Shown here piece after piece: positions 9,280-19,243 of a stretch of 64,000 nucleotides of DNA. The notes under the pieces were generated by a model that worked only from the letters and a program-made list of their open reading frames with translations, was not told where the DNA came from and searched no databases. The stretch is from an uncultured delta proteobacterium (GTDB lineage: Bacteria; Myxococcota_A; UBA9160; SMWR01). Location of the stretch: positions 448,001-512,000 of the forward strand of contig CAWHTE010000011.1 in the NCBI GenBank assembly GCA_963832165.1, given 5' to 3'. Numbering within the stretch: the first letter of the stretch is position 1; each line of letters begins with the position of its first letter. The translations under genes were made by a program, and so were the position numbers.

Positions 9280-11033
9280 GTGTCGCGCGTGATGGGTCGC
9301 CTGGACCCCCGCCGGCGACGCGAGCGCGGGGCCATCTCTTTCGCCGCACCGTCGGTGTTGATCCTCGGGATCTTCACCACGGCGCTTGCCGTCGACGTGG
9401 GGCGTCTGGCCTGGAACCGGCGCCAGCTCCAGGAGATCGCCGACATCGGCGCGATCGACGCGATGCGCGCGTTCGGCCAGTGCAGCGCGAACCCGACCGA
9501 TCCGGTCGCGGCCGCGCAGGCGAGCGCAGTGCGCAACGGCTACACGGGAAACCTCGCCTCGGCGCCCAACGCCGTGCAGATCGGCAGCGTCACCACGGGC
9601 GCGAGCGGCGTGCGCACGTTCACGGCAGGAGGGTCGATCGAGACGGCAACGGCCGTGCGCGTGCTCGCGACGCGCCAGGTTCCGTTCACGATGATCGCGA
9701 GCTCGTTCCTGCCGGGCTCGGCGCAGCTCTCCGCCGAGGCGGTGGCCGCGCGCGAGGCGTGGGGAGCCTTCTCCGCGGGCAGCTTCGCGGCGCGCGTCGA
9801 TACCAGCGACTCGCCGCTCTTGAACCCGCTGATCGGCGGCCTCTTGGGCGGACCCTTGTCGATCAGCGGCGTCTCCTACGAGGGCCTCGCGAACGCGTCG
9901 CTCACCGTCGGCGAACTCGTCGCTGCCGCGAACGTGGCGACCGTCGACGAGCTGCTCGCGCTGGAGATGACGGCGCCCGAGTACATGGAGCTTCTGGCCG
10001 AGGCGCTCGCGGACGGGGGCGATGCGAGCGCCGCCGCCACGCTGACCACGATCGCGAACTCGGCCAACGACGCGCTCACGGTTCCGCTCGGCGAGGTGCT
10101 CGACATCGCCTCGGGCGCCACCAACTGCCGCGTTCGACGCGCAGCTGAACGCGTTCGACATGCTCGCCGTCGGCGCGCAGGTGGCGAACGGCGACGTCGG
10201 TATCTTGATCAATAATCTGGGCATCTCGGTGCCGGGGGTCGCAGGAATCTCGGCGAAGCTCAAGATCATCGAGCCGCCCCAGATCGCGATCGGTCCGCCC
10301 GGCCGCGATTCCGACGGCGAGTGGAACACGGCCGTGCACACGTCCCAGGTTCGCCTGGAGCTCAACGTCCGCCTCCTGGGCGTGCTCGGGATTCTCGGCA
10401 GCAGGCCGGTAGCCGTCGACATTTTCGCCGAGGCCGCGCAGACCGATGCGCATCTCGACGCGATCGATTGCGCCGACGCCGACGACCCGGTCCACCGTGC
10501 CATCGTGGGCGCCGAGCCGGGCCTCGTGCGCCTGGGGCTCGGCCACTTCCCGAACTTCGACACCTCGACGGATCCGGTACCGACCGACATCGTGAACCTG
10601 ACGCTGCTCGGGCCTGGTGCCGGTCGCCAAGATCACCGGATTCGCGGACGTGCCGTTCCAGAGCTCGGGCGAGGAGATCGAGTTCGCCGGGCCGTTCGTG
10701 CCCGCGATCTCGGTTCCCTCCGACGACAATACGCAGACGGTGGGCACTCCGCTCGGAGACGGGATGGCGACCGCGCTGTCCGGCCTGCTGGGGAACACGC
10801 AGCTCAAGGTCGTCGTGCTGGGCGGACTGCCGCTCTCGCTCGGGCAGAAGAACTCCGCACTCGCGGGCGTGGCGAATCTGCTCACGCCCGTACTCAACGT
10901 GATCGATGGGCCGCTCACGCAGCTGTTCGAGGCGCTCGGCCTCCACCTCGGTGGAGCCGACATCACGATTCTCTCGGTCTACACTCCCGGCGCCGACGAT
11001 CCTCCCGTCGAGCAGCCCTCGCTCGCGAGGTAG
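9280..11033 (+). CDS. tadG: TadG-like pilus-associated protein; frameshifts near 10126 and 10612
   Basis: RERG|A pilin-like N-terminus and ALAVDVGRL..RRQLQEIAD. Continues in ORF 10160 (KIIEPPQIAIG) and ORF 10617 (LFEALGLHLGGADITI). Confidence 0.85.
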
Positions 11034-11065
11034 CCAGGGCTCCGCGACCCGCTACGTTTCGCCGC

Positions 11066-11629
11066 GTGGCGGTCATTCTCGGCCTCGCGGGCAGCCTGCG
11101 CAGCGGGTCGTACAACGCGGTGCTCCTGCGCGTGCTGCGCGACCTCGCACCGGAGTCGGTGCGCATCGAAGAAGCGTCGATTCGCGGCATTCCGCTCTAC
11201 GACGGCGACGTCGAGGACGCGACCGGACTGCCCGAGACCGTGCGCGCGCTCAAGGAGCGGGTCGCGAGCGCGGATGGACTCCTGCTCGTGACACCCGAGT
11301 ACAACAACTCGATTCCGGGTCCGTTCAAGAACGCGATCGACTGGCTCTCGCGCCCACCCTCGGACATTCCGCGCGTGTTCGGCGACCGCCCGGTCGCGCT
11401 GTGCGGCGCGACGGTCGGCTTCGGCGGGACGAACATCAGCCAGCTCGCGTGGCTGCCCGTGCTGCGCGTGCTCGGCGTTCGACTGTGGACGGCGCGCAAG
11501 CTCGCGGTGCTGACCGCGCACAAGGCGTTCGACGAGTCGGGCGCGCTGATCGACGAGAAGCTGCGCGAGCAGGCACGCGCGTTCATCGCGGGGTTCGCGG
11601 AGTTCGTCCTGGGCTCGCAAGCGCGATGA
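11066..11629 (+). CDS. NADPH-dependent FMN reductase (ChrR/SsuE family)
   Basis: GSLRSGSYN and ADGLLLVTPEYNNSIPGPFKNAIDWLSR. Confidence 0.93.
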   Translation: MAVILGLAGSLRSGSYNAVLLRVLRDLAPESVRIEEASIRGIPLYDGDVEDATGLPETVRALKERVASADGLLLVTPEYNNSIPGPFKNAIDWLSRPPSDIPRVFGDRPVALCGATVGFGGTNISQLAWLPVLRVLGVRLWTARKLAVLTAHKAFDESGALIDEKLREQARAFIAGFAEFVLGSQAR

Positions 11630-12605
11630 AGGCGATCCTGTTCGACAAGCCCGGCGACGAATCGGTGCTCTACCTCGGCGAGACCGCCGATCCCGCGCTG
11701 GGCGCGGGTGAGGTGCGGCTGCGCGTGCGCGCGTGCGCAGCGAATCGCGCCGATCTCCTGCAGCGCCAGGGGCTGTACCCGCCGCCGCCGGGTGCATCGC
11801 CGATCCTCGGGCTCGAGTGCGCGGGAGAGGTGATCGAGCTCGGCGCGGGCGTGCGCGAATGGAAGGTCGGTGACCGCGCGATGGCGCTGCTCGCGGGCGG
11901 CGGCTACGCCGAGCAGGTCGTGGTGCACGCGGGGTCGCTGCTTCCGGTGCCCGCGCACTTCTCGTGGGAGCAGGCCGCGTGTCTGCCCGAGGTCTACCTC
12001 ACGGTATTCCTGACCGTGTTCCAGCTCGGCGCGCTGCCCGCCGGGCAGGCGCCGTGCTCGTGCACGGCGGCGGCAGCGGGATCGGCACCGCGTGCACTCA
12101 GCTCGCGAAGCTCGCGGGAGCGATCGTCGTGGCGACTGCGGGCTCGGACGAGAAGTGCAAGCGCTGCCTCGAGCTCGGCGCAGACGTCGCGGTGAACTAC
12201 CGCGAGGGCGACTTCGTGGCCGGGGCGAAGCAGGCAACGGGCGGCCGCGGGGTGGACGTGGTGCTCGACTCGATCGGCGCGCCCTACCTCGAGCGCAACC
12301 TCGAGGCGCTCGCGATCGGCGGCCGGCTCGTGCTGATCGGGCTCATGGGCGGTGCCAGGAGCGAGCTGAACCTCGCGGCGCTGCTCGCGCGCCGGCTCTC
12401 CGTGATCGGCTCCACGCTGCGCGCGCGGCCCGTCGAGGAGAAGGCGGAGCTGGTCTCGGCGTTCCGGGCCCGCTTCGGCGACGCGCTCGCGCGAGGCGCG
12501 ATCACGCCCGTGGTCGATCGCGTGCTGCCGCTCGCGGAAGCGGGCGAGGCGCACCGCGCGATGAAGGCCTCCGAGCACTTCGGCAAGATCGCGCTCCGGG
12601 TGTAG
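11626..12605 (+). CDS. NAD(P)H-quinone oxidoreductase, PIG3/zeta-crystallin family; frameshift near 12046
   Basis: [52 protein letters not shown]. Confidence 0.92.
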
Positions 12606-12622
12606 GCGGGGATCGGCAAGGA

Positions 12623-12669
12623 GGCCGACGAAAGTCGGCCGACGCGCAGCGAGGCGAAGCCGAGCGAAG
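12623..12669 (+). repeat. REP-like element: GAAA-tetraloop hairpin followed by CGCGCAGCGAGGCGAAGCCGAGCGAAG
   Basis: ggccgac-gaaa-gtcggcc at 12623-12640. The unit at 12643-12669 is 25/27 identical to the reverse complement of 32627-32653. Confidence 0.6.
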
Positions 12670-12733
12670 CGTGGGCCCCCGCGAAGGAGGGCCGCTAATC
12701 TCCGGCGCCTTCGCCCGCGAGGAGAAGCCGACC

Positions 12734-13174
12734 ATGGCCACCGAACGCACCCTCTCGATCATCAAGCCCGACGCGACCGCCGTGCCCGGCGCCACCGGCG
12801 AGATCCTGCGCCGCTTCGAACAGGCGGGGCTCACGATCGTGGCGCTCAAGAAGATCCGCCTGTCCGAATCGCTCGCGCGCGGGTTCTACGCGGTGCACAA
12901 GGAGCGGCCGTTCTACGGCGACCTCGTGAAGTTCATGACTTCGGGGCCGGTCGTGGTGAGCGTACTCGAGGGCGAGAACGCGATCCGCGCGCACCGCGAC
13001 CTGCTCGGGCCCACCAACTCGTCCGACGCGCCCAAGGGCACGATTCGGGGCGATTTCGGCACCGACATCGAGCGCAACGCCGCGCACGGCTCCGACGCCG
13101 CCGCGACCGCAAAGATCGAGATCTCGTACTTCTTCGGCGCGGCCGAGATCCTCGCGCCGGTCGAGGCGCTGTAG
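12734..13174 (+). CDS. ndk: Nucleoside-diphosphate kinase
   Basis: [38 protein letters not shown]. Confidence 0.98.
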   Translation: MATERTLSIIKPDATAVPGATGEILRRFEQAGLTIVALKKIRLSESLARGFYAVHKERPFYGDLVKFMTSGPVVVSVLEGENAIRAHRDLLGPTNSSDAPKGTIRGDFGTDIERNAAHGSDAAATAKIEISYFFGAAEILAPVEAL

Positions 13175-13308
13175 CCAGCTCTCGCCGGGAGGCCGTTCTC
13201 ACTCCGCGCGACTTTTCGTGTGACGCTCGTCACCCGGATCGATCTTCTCGCTCAAGACCCGCGCGTATTGCGCGAAACGGTGAGCTGGATCGAAAATCGG
13301 GGAGAACC

Positions 13309-13395
13309 GTGGAGCGCGCCCTCCGCAACCACAACGTCTGGCTGACGATCGCCTACGTGAGCTTGATCCTGCTCCTCGCGCAGACCTACGCCTGA
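13309..13395 (+). CDS. Putative 28-aa single-TM small protein MERALRNHNVWLTIAYVSLILLLAQTYA
   Basis: GGGGAG RBS just upstream of GTG 13309, GC3-rich codons, hydrophobic helix, GC hairpin right after the stop. Below the ORF-track size cutoff. Confidence 0.6.
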   Translation: MERALRNHNVWLTIAYVSLILLLAQTYA

Positions 13396-13518
13396 TCCCC
13401 CGCCGCGGGCGGCGGAGGGGCTGCCCGCGCGGCGGAGAAGAGTCTGCAAAGCGCGCTGCAAGTTCGCGCGCGTCGCCCCGTCGTTGCGCCCGCGCGAAAG
13501 GCTGCGGCGTCGCCATCC

Positions 13519-13534
13519 TGGCCTGCGATTTGCA
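13519..13534 (+). promoter_or_regulatory. Putative sigma54 (-24/-12) promoter
   Basis: TGGCCTGCGATTTGCA has GG-N10-GC spacing and a TTGCA -12 box, about 35 nt upstream of ATG 13569. Confidence 0.6.
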
Positions 13535-13568
13535 CCTTCCCGTTCGACGGAACCCACCGGAGAACCGG

Positions 13569-14711
13569 ATGAAGCGCAAGATCCGCTACGCGGTGATCGG
13601 GCTGGGCCACATCGCGCAGGTCGCGGTGCTGCCGGCATTCCGGCATGCGAAGCGCAACAGCGAGCTCGTGGCGCTCGTGTCGAGCGATGCGGAGAAGCTC
13701 GAGGAGCTCGGGCAGCGCTACCGGGCGAAGCTGCGCTGCGACTACGAGGGCATCGACGAGCTGTACTCGAGCGGAGAGATCGACGCGGTCTACATCGCGC
13801 TGCCGAACTCGATGCACCGGGAGCACACGCTGCGTGCGGCGCGCGCCGGCCTGCACGTGCTCTGCGAGAAGCCGATGGCGGACTCTGTCGCGGAATGCGA
13901 GTCGATGATCGCGGCCGCGCGCGACGGCCGCGTCAAGCTGATGATCGCCTACCGCCTGCATTTCGAGCGCGCGACGCTCGAGGCACTCACGATTGCGCGC
14001 GCGTGGCGCTCGCGCCGCGGCGGCCGTTTCGCGCCGCGGCCCGGCCAGCTCGGCGACCTGCGCTTCTTCAGCTCCGAGTTCTCGATGCAGGTGTTCGACA
14101 ACAACACCCGCCTCGATCGCGACCTCGGCGGCGGGCCGCTCCAGGACATCGGGATCTACTGCATCAACGCGGCGCGCGCGGTGTTCGCGGAGGAGCCGAC
14201 CGAAGTGTGGGCCAGCGCGGTGACGCGAAGCGGTGGCCAGCGGTTTGCGGAGGTGCCCGCGACCGTCGCGGCGGTACTGCGCTTCCCGGGCGAGCGCGTC
14301 GCCTCGTTCACGTGCAGCTTCGACGCGGCCGACCGCTCCGTCTACACGATCGCGGGCACGAAGGGCAGCCTCACGATGGAGCCCGCCTACGCATACGCCG
14401 AGGGCCTGGCCTACCAGCTCCGGATCGGCGAGCGCAGCCGCAAGAAGAAGTTCTCGAAGAGCGACCAGTTTGCGCCCGAGCTGCTCCACTTCTCCGATTG
14501 CATCCTGCGCGACGCGGAGCCCGAGCCCTCCGGCGAGGAGGGACTCGCCGACGTGCGCGTGATCGAGGCACTCGAGCAGTCGATCGCGAGCGGCGACGCC
14601 GTGGCGCTGGACGAACCGCTGGATCGTCTGCGCCGTCCGGCGCTCGATCAAGAGGTGCGGCGACCTCCGGTCGAGAAGCCGCGGACCGTGAACGTGCGCG
14701 CGCCGCACTGA
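13569..14711 (+). CDS. Gfo/Idh/MocA family oxidoreductase (glucose-fructose oxidoreductase-like)
   Basis: IRYAVIGLGHIA, AVYIALPNSMH, HVLCEKPMA, GGGPLQDIGIYCINAAR. Confidence 0.93.
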   Translation: MKRKIRYAVIGLGHIAQVAVLPAFRHAKRNSELVALVSSDAEKLEELGQRYRAKLRCDYEGIDELYSSGEIDAVYIALPNSMHREHTLRAARAGLHVLCEKPMADSVAECESMIAAARDGRVKLMIAYRLHFERATLEALTIARAWRSRRGGRFAPRPGQLGDLRFFSSEFSMQVFDNNTRLDRDLGGGPLQDIGIYCINAARAVFAEEPTEVWASAVTRSGGQRFAEVPATVAAVLRFPGERVASFTCSFDAADRSVYTIAGTKGSLTMEPAYAYAEGLAYQLRIGERSRKKKFSKSDQFAPELLHFSDCILRDAEPEPSGEEGLADVRVIEALEQSIASGDAVALDEPLDRLRRPALDQEVRRPPVEKPRTVNVRAPH

Positions 14712-14726
14712 GCTCGCGCGCATCGC

Positions 14727-16226
14727 TCAGAGCCCGAGCGGGCGCAATCTCGGGGCTACGATCGAGAAGCGATCGACCACGTTCACGCCGTTCTTCGCGA
14801 GCGCTGATGGCGCTCATGCGCGCGGGCTGGAATGCGGTTGCCGGTGCGACATCCACCACGAGGACGCTGTGGTCGCCGAGGTAGCGCACGGCCGACCACG
14901 CCGCCGTCTCGGGCACGCGGATTCCGCCCTCGCACGTGACGTACGAGAGGGGGTGGAGCGTGCTCGGGTAAGGGGACTGACCGCCCGCGCCCGCCGTGAC
15001 GTAGGTGGTGCCCAGCACGCGAGGCGTCGATCTCGCTGCCGATCGGCGCGGCGGCCGTGACTGCTCCGTTGCGCACGGGGTGGGTGCGCTCGTAGCTGTG
15101 GTTGTGGCCGTTGATCACGAGGTCCACCCGATAGCGGTCGAACAGGCGCCCCACGCGACGCGAACGCCGCCGTCCGAGCCGTGCACGGTGTTGCTGCAGT
15201 ACATGCAGTGGTGGAAGCCGACGATGATGAAGTCGATCGCGGGATCGCTGCGCAGAGCGGAGAGCGTCGCATCGAGCCAGGCGCGCTGTCGCCCCGCCGG
15301 TGTAGCCCCGATTGCGATCGATCTCGTAGGAGACGTCGTTCGCGTCGAGCGCCACGAACGCGACGTTGCTCCAGCGGGTCACGTAGTAGGTGGCGGGCTG
15401 GGGAGCCGGGCAGATCTGCGATCCGCTGCCCGGAAGAACGATCCGGGCATGGAATCCGTCGTAGCCGAGCTGGCCCTGGCCGACCTCCATCTCGTGATTC
15501 CCGACCGTCGGGATCCACGGCACGCTCGCCGCGCTGGGCTCGATCTGCGCGAAGCCACGCGTCCCAGAGCGAGAGGTCCTGCAACGGCGTGCCGGAATAA
15601 TCGACCAGAGGGAGTGCGCCGCCGAGCCGATCGGCATAACACAGATCACCGACCATGAACACGCAATCCGGCTGTGCTTCCACGATACGGCTCGTGATCG
15701 CGGCCGCGTCGGCGTTGACGCCCATGTCTCCCATCGCACAGAACCGGAACGGGGTCTTGCCCGACGGCGCGGTGGTGAACGTTCCAGGTGCCGCCGGGAT
15801 CGTCGCCGTGGAATGCGCGATAGGAGTAGGTGGTGCCCGGCGCGAGGCCCGAGACCGGGCACGTGATGGTAGAGCGGTCCCGACGCCGTCGACGGCGCAG
15901 GTGTCTCCCGTGAACATGTTGCCCAGATATTGGTTGGGACCGATCTCGAGCCGGGGCGCGTCCACGATGCCGCTCGTGGACCACGAGACGGTGATCTCCT
16001 TGCGGGCGTCGCTCCCGAGGTTCACGTGCAGTCCCGCGGGCGTCGGGTCTGCGGCGCGCGCGGGACGCACCCAGATGAGCGGACCCGCCGCCGCTGCGGC
16101 GCCTGCGCCGACCATCCCCTTGAGGAACTGACGACGTGTGTGGCGCGCGCGCAGATAGTCGTGCGTCTCGGCCATCGACATGTCTCGCAAGAGGCGCAGC
16201 GGAATGTCACGGAGAGCGGTGCGCAA
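14727..16226 (-). CDS. Tat-exported purple-acid-phosphatase-like metallophosphoesterase; about 5-6 frameshifts
   Basis: TRRQFLK Tat motif and FN3-like N-domain. GDMG, GDLCYA, GNHE, HHCMY and GHNHSYER motifs are spread over three frames. C-terminus ..VVDRFSIVAPRLRPLGL*; GGAGG RBS before TTG. Confidence 0.85.
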
Positions 16227-16350
16227 GGGGGACCTCCGTTCCTATGCGTGGCCCGCACATCCTAGAGGGATGAGCGGTTCCCGGCCAATGATTGTTAGTC
16301 CAGCGAATCAACGAGCGAGCGATTGCGCGGATCGTCTAGCATCGGCGCGC

Positions 16351-17013
16351 ATGGAAGATCGGATCAGCGAGTTCCTGTACCTCGAGCTCTCGAGCCGCGC
16401 TACCTCCGCGTATGCGCGCGAACGCGTTCCGGAGGTGCTCGCGCTCGCGGGTGTCGAGCGCGCGACCTGGTGGCAGAACCAGAAGCCCGGGCGCACCGAG
16501 TTCGCGCGCACGATCGAGGAGTTCACGGGGCTCGGCATCTACGAGGTCGGCGACGGCTTCGAGGCGCCGCAGACTCCGCGCGACGTGCGCGGCCTCCACT
16601 TCCGCCACTACGGCCGCCCGGGTCAGGGCATCCTCACCGGCAAGCCGACGCTGGGGATCGAGCTCGTGCTCGTCTCGCCGCGTGATCCCGCGGGAGCACA
16701 GGCGTTGCGCGACTGGGCCGACTTCATCCACATCCGCTACATCGCCGCCGCGGCCGTCGAGGGCTTCACGATCATCACGCCCTATGAGAACGTCGCGGAC
16801 GGCTCGCCGCGCTTCATGCATCTGTACGAGATGGACACCGCGGACGCCGAGGAAGCGTTCCAGCGCATGACGCCGACCACGCGCGAGCGCCAGATCGGTC
16901 GCAACCGCGCGCTCTGGAAGGAATGGTCGGGCCACGAGCAGCTCGTGATCGACTACGTCAACACGTTCGCGAGACAGGGAGTCGCGCTACCCGGGATCGG
17001 GGGCCCGCGATGA
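16351..17013 (+). CDS. Hypothetical protein, possibly EthD-like dimeric alpha/beta barrel
   Basis: Coding-like codon bias; DWADFIHI and PRFMHLYEMD resemble EthD/DUF4286-type motifs. Confidence 0.65.
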   Translation: MEDRISEFLYLELSSRATSAYARERVPEVLALAGVERATWWQNQKPGRTEFARTIEEFTGLGIYEVGDGFEAPQTPRDVRGLHFRHYGRPGQGILTGKPTLGIELVLVSPRDPAGAQALRDWADFIHIRYIAAAAVEGFTIITPYENVADGSPRFMHLYEMDTADAEEAFQRMTPTTRERQIGRNRALWKEWSGHEQLVIDYVNTFARQGVALPGIGGPR

Positions 17014-19122
17014 GACGCGCTCGCGCAGGCGCCAGAAGAGCGGCGCGAGCGCGTTCTGGTAGTCGTCGGTCCAGAGCGTCGCAGATTCTACGCTCTGGTC
17101 GGAGCGCCAGTCGCCGCCCAGCAGCGCTGCGACGCGCTGCGCGTTCCGGCTCAGCAGATATGCGCGCGTCGGGGATTCGAACGGTGCGAGCGGCGCCGTC
17201 GAGCGTCCGTAGGCTCCGTGCAGTCCGAGCTCCTCGCCTGCGGCGCGCAGGATCGGATCGAAGTCGTAGAAGCGACTCGAGACGTGGAAGAGCAGCAGGC
17301 CGTCGCGGCGGAGCTTCTTCAGGTAGCCCTGCAGCGCCTCGCGCGTGAGCAGGTGCGCTGGGATCGAATCGCCGCTGAACGCGTCGACGAAGATCAGGTC
17401 GTAGTACCCGTCCGGCGCCTGCGCATCGCGCGCGAGCGAGAAGCGCGCATCGCCGACCACGAACCGCAGCGATGCGGCGCTGTCGCGCAAGTAGTGGAAG
17501 TAGGTCCGCGCGATCGACTCGCCGTCGGCGTCGAGCTCGTAGAACGCAACTGTGTCGTCGGCGCCGAAGTACGCCGCGACCGACCCGGCTCCGAGCCCGA
17601 TCGCGGCGACTCGCAGCGGTCCGTTCGGCAGTGAGCGCATCACCTCGCCCACGGGCGAGGCCGGGTGGTAGTAGCCGAGCGGGTGCCGTCCCCCGTCGTG
17701 GCCCATGAGCTGGACGCCGTGGACGGTGCCTCCGTGCACGAGGTAGCGCGTCTCGGCGCGCGGTGACGAGGGTACGCTCACGAGCCCGACTGGCTTCTCG
17801 GCGATCCGGTAGACGCCGTAGTAGTTGCGCAGCGCGATCGCGTCGGGGCCCTCGAGCAGGGTCCGGGCCGCGAAGTTCAGCAGTGTTCCTGCGGTGCACG
17901 CGAACGTGACGGCGCGCAGCAGGCGCAGCCGGCGCGCATCCGCGGGCGGATCCGGCTCGCGCGATACTCGCTTGCGCACGAGCAGCGCACCCGAGAGCAC
18001 GACGAGCGCGAGCGGCCACTCGATCAGGTCCGTGAACCAGAGCGGCGCGGCGAGACTCACGAACGCCAGTCCCGCCCAGCCTCCGAGGCCGATCACGAGG
18101 TAGTAGGTCGTGAGCTCGGCGGCGGGCGGCCGAACCCGGTGCAGCTCCGCGTGCGCGGACAACGCCACCCAGAACAGCAGCAGCAGCGGCGGCGCCAGCT
18201 TGCCCGTGAGTGCGATGCACGCGAGCGCGACGATCTCGGCGCGGTAGCGGCGCCACCGCGAGCCCGATGCGCAGCGCCCGCGGAACGCGAGCATGAACGT
18301 GCACAGGTAGACTGCGAGCGGGGCGACCCACGCGAGCGGGATCGAGCCGAGCTCGTTCACGATCAGGTTCGTCACCGCGAGCAGCGCGATCGCGGGCGAC
18401 GCGGAGAGCGCGAACCAGTAGGCGAGCATGCGCGGCGTGGTCGTGCGACGCGCGGCGGGCGCCTCGTACTGCATCGGCGCCGCGGGCTGCACGAGCAAGA
18501 ACGCGAGCCCTGCGTAGGCCACGAGCAGCCCGTTCCAGAGCAGGCGCTGCGCCTCGATACCGAATAACGGCTCGATCGCGAGCGGGTACGCGATCAGCGC
18601 GAGCAGCGACCCGGTATTCGATGCGGCGTAGAGGTGATAGGGATCTTCCGCGGATGGATCCGTCCGGCGCGCGAGCCACTGTTGCGCCACGATGCTCGTC
18701 GTGGAGAGCGCCACGAACGGGATCGCGGCGCGGTAGAGCAGGGCCCACAAGACCTCGAGCACGGGGCCGCCCGCGTATCCTGCCGTCCGCGGCTCCATCG
18801 CCATCCAGAGCAGCGCGGCGGCGATCAGGACGAGATGTCCGCGGCCGATTCGCGGTGCCACCCAATGCGCGTAGAGGTACCCGACCACGAGCGCGCCCGA
18901 GTAGAACATCATGCAGGTGTTCCAGACGTGGACGCCCGCACCGAACTCGACCGACAGCTGCCGGCCGGTCATCGGCTCGAGCATGAACAACAGCACCGCG
19001 CCTAGCACCACGAAGCCCTGCAGCGCGACACTCGTTGCGAGGCTCCCGGCGTTCGCATGACGGCGCCCGAGCGCCGGAATCGCGGCCGCCGTCGCGGAAC
19101 TCGCTGTGCTCCTCGGGTCCAT
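16987..19122 (-). CDS. Fused multi-TM / spermidine-synthase-like SAM-dependent transferase
   Basis: LLFMLEPM and DPYHLYAASNTGS in the TM region; RNYYG, HGGTVHG, IGLGAGS, YELD, GDAR, DAFSGDSIPAHLLTREA. Confidence 0.9.
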   Translation of the reverse strand: MDPRSTASSATAAAIPALGRRHANAGSLATSVALQGFVVLGAVLLFMLEPMTGRQLSVEFGAGVHVWNTCMMFYSGALVVGYLYAHWVAPRIGRGHLVLIAAALLWMAMEPRTAGYAGGPVLEVLWALLYRAAIPFVALSTTSIVAQQWLARRTDPSAEDPYHLYAASNTGSLLALIAYPLAIEPLFGIEAQRLLWNGLLVAYAGLAFLLVQPAAPMQYEAPAARRTTTPRMLAYWFALSASPAIALLAVTNLIVNELGSIPLAWVAPLAVYLCTFMLAFRGRCASGSRWRRYRAEIVALACIALTGKLAPPLLLLFWVALSAHAELHRVRPPAAELTTYYLVIGLGGWAGLAFVSLAAPLWFTDLIEWPLALVVLSGALLVRKRVSREPDPPADARRLRLLRAVTFACTAGTLLNFAARTLLEGPDAIALRNYYGVYRIAEKPVGLVSVPSSPRAETRYLVHGGTVHGVQLMGHDGGRHPLGYYHPASPVGEVMRSLPNGPLRVAAIGLGAGSVAAYFGADDTVAFYELDADGESIARTYFHYLRDSAASLRFVVGDARFSLARDAQAPDGYYDLIFVDAFSGDSIPAHLLTREALQGYLKKLRRDGLLLFHVSSRFYDFDPILRAAGEELGLHGAYGRSTAPLAPFESPTRAYLLSRNAQRVAALLGGDWRSDQSVESATLWTDDYQNALAPLFWRLRERVSSRAPDPG

Positions 19123-19243
19123 CCCCCGTGAGTTGCCTCGGCGCGGAGTCCGGTGGCGGGGGCACGGTTAGTCGTCCCGCGGGCGGGACGCGTCCCGGGT
19201 CCGGGACGCGCGGTTCTGCGCTGCGGGATGCCCGGAAGGCGGC

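Noticed and set aside
14014..14040. In-frame palindromic insert in the Gfo/Idh/MocA gene (WRSRRGGRFAPRP)
   Set aside because: A 9-bp all-GC stem is expected by chance at this GC content; not supportable without an alignment.
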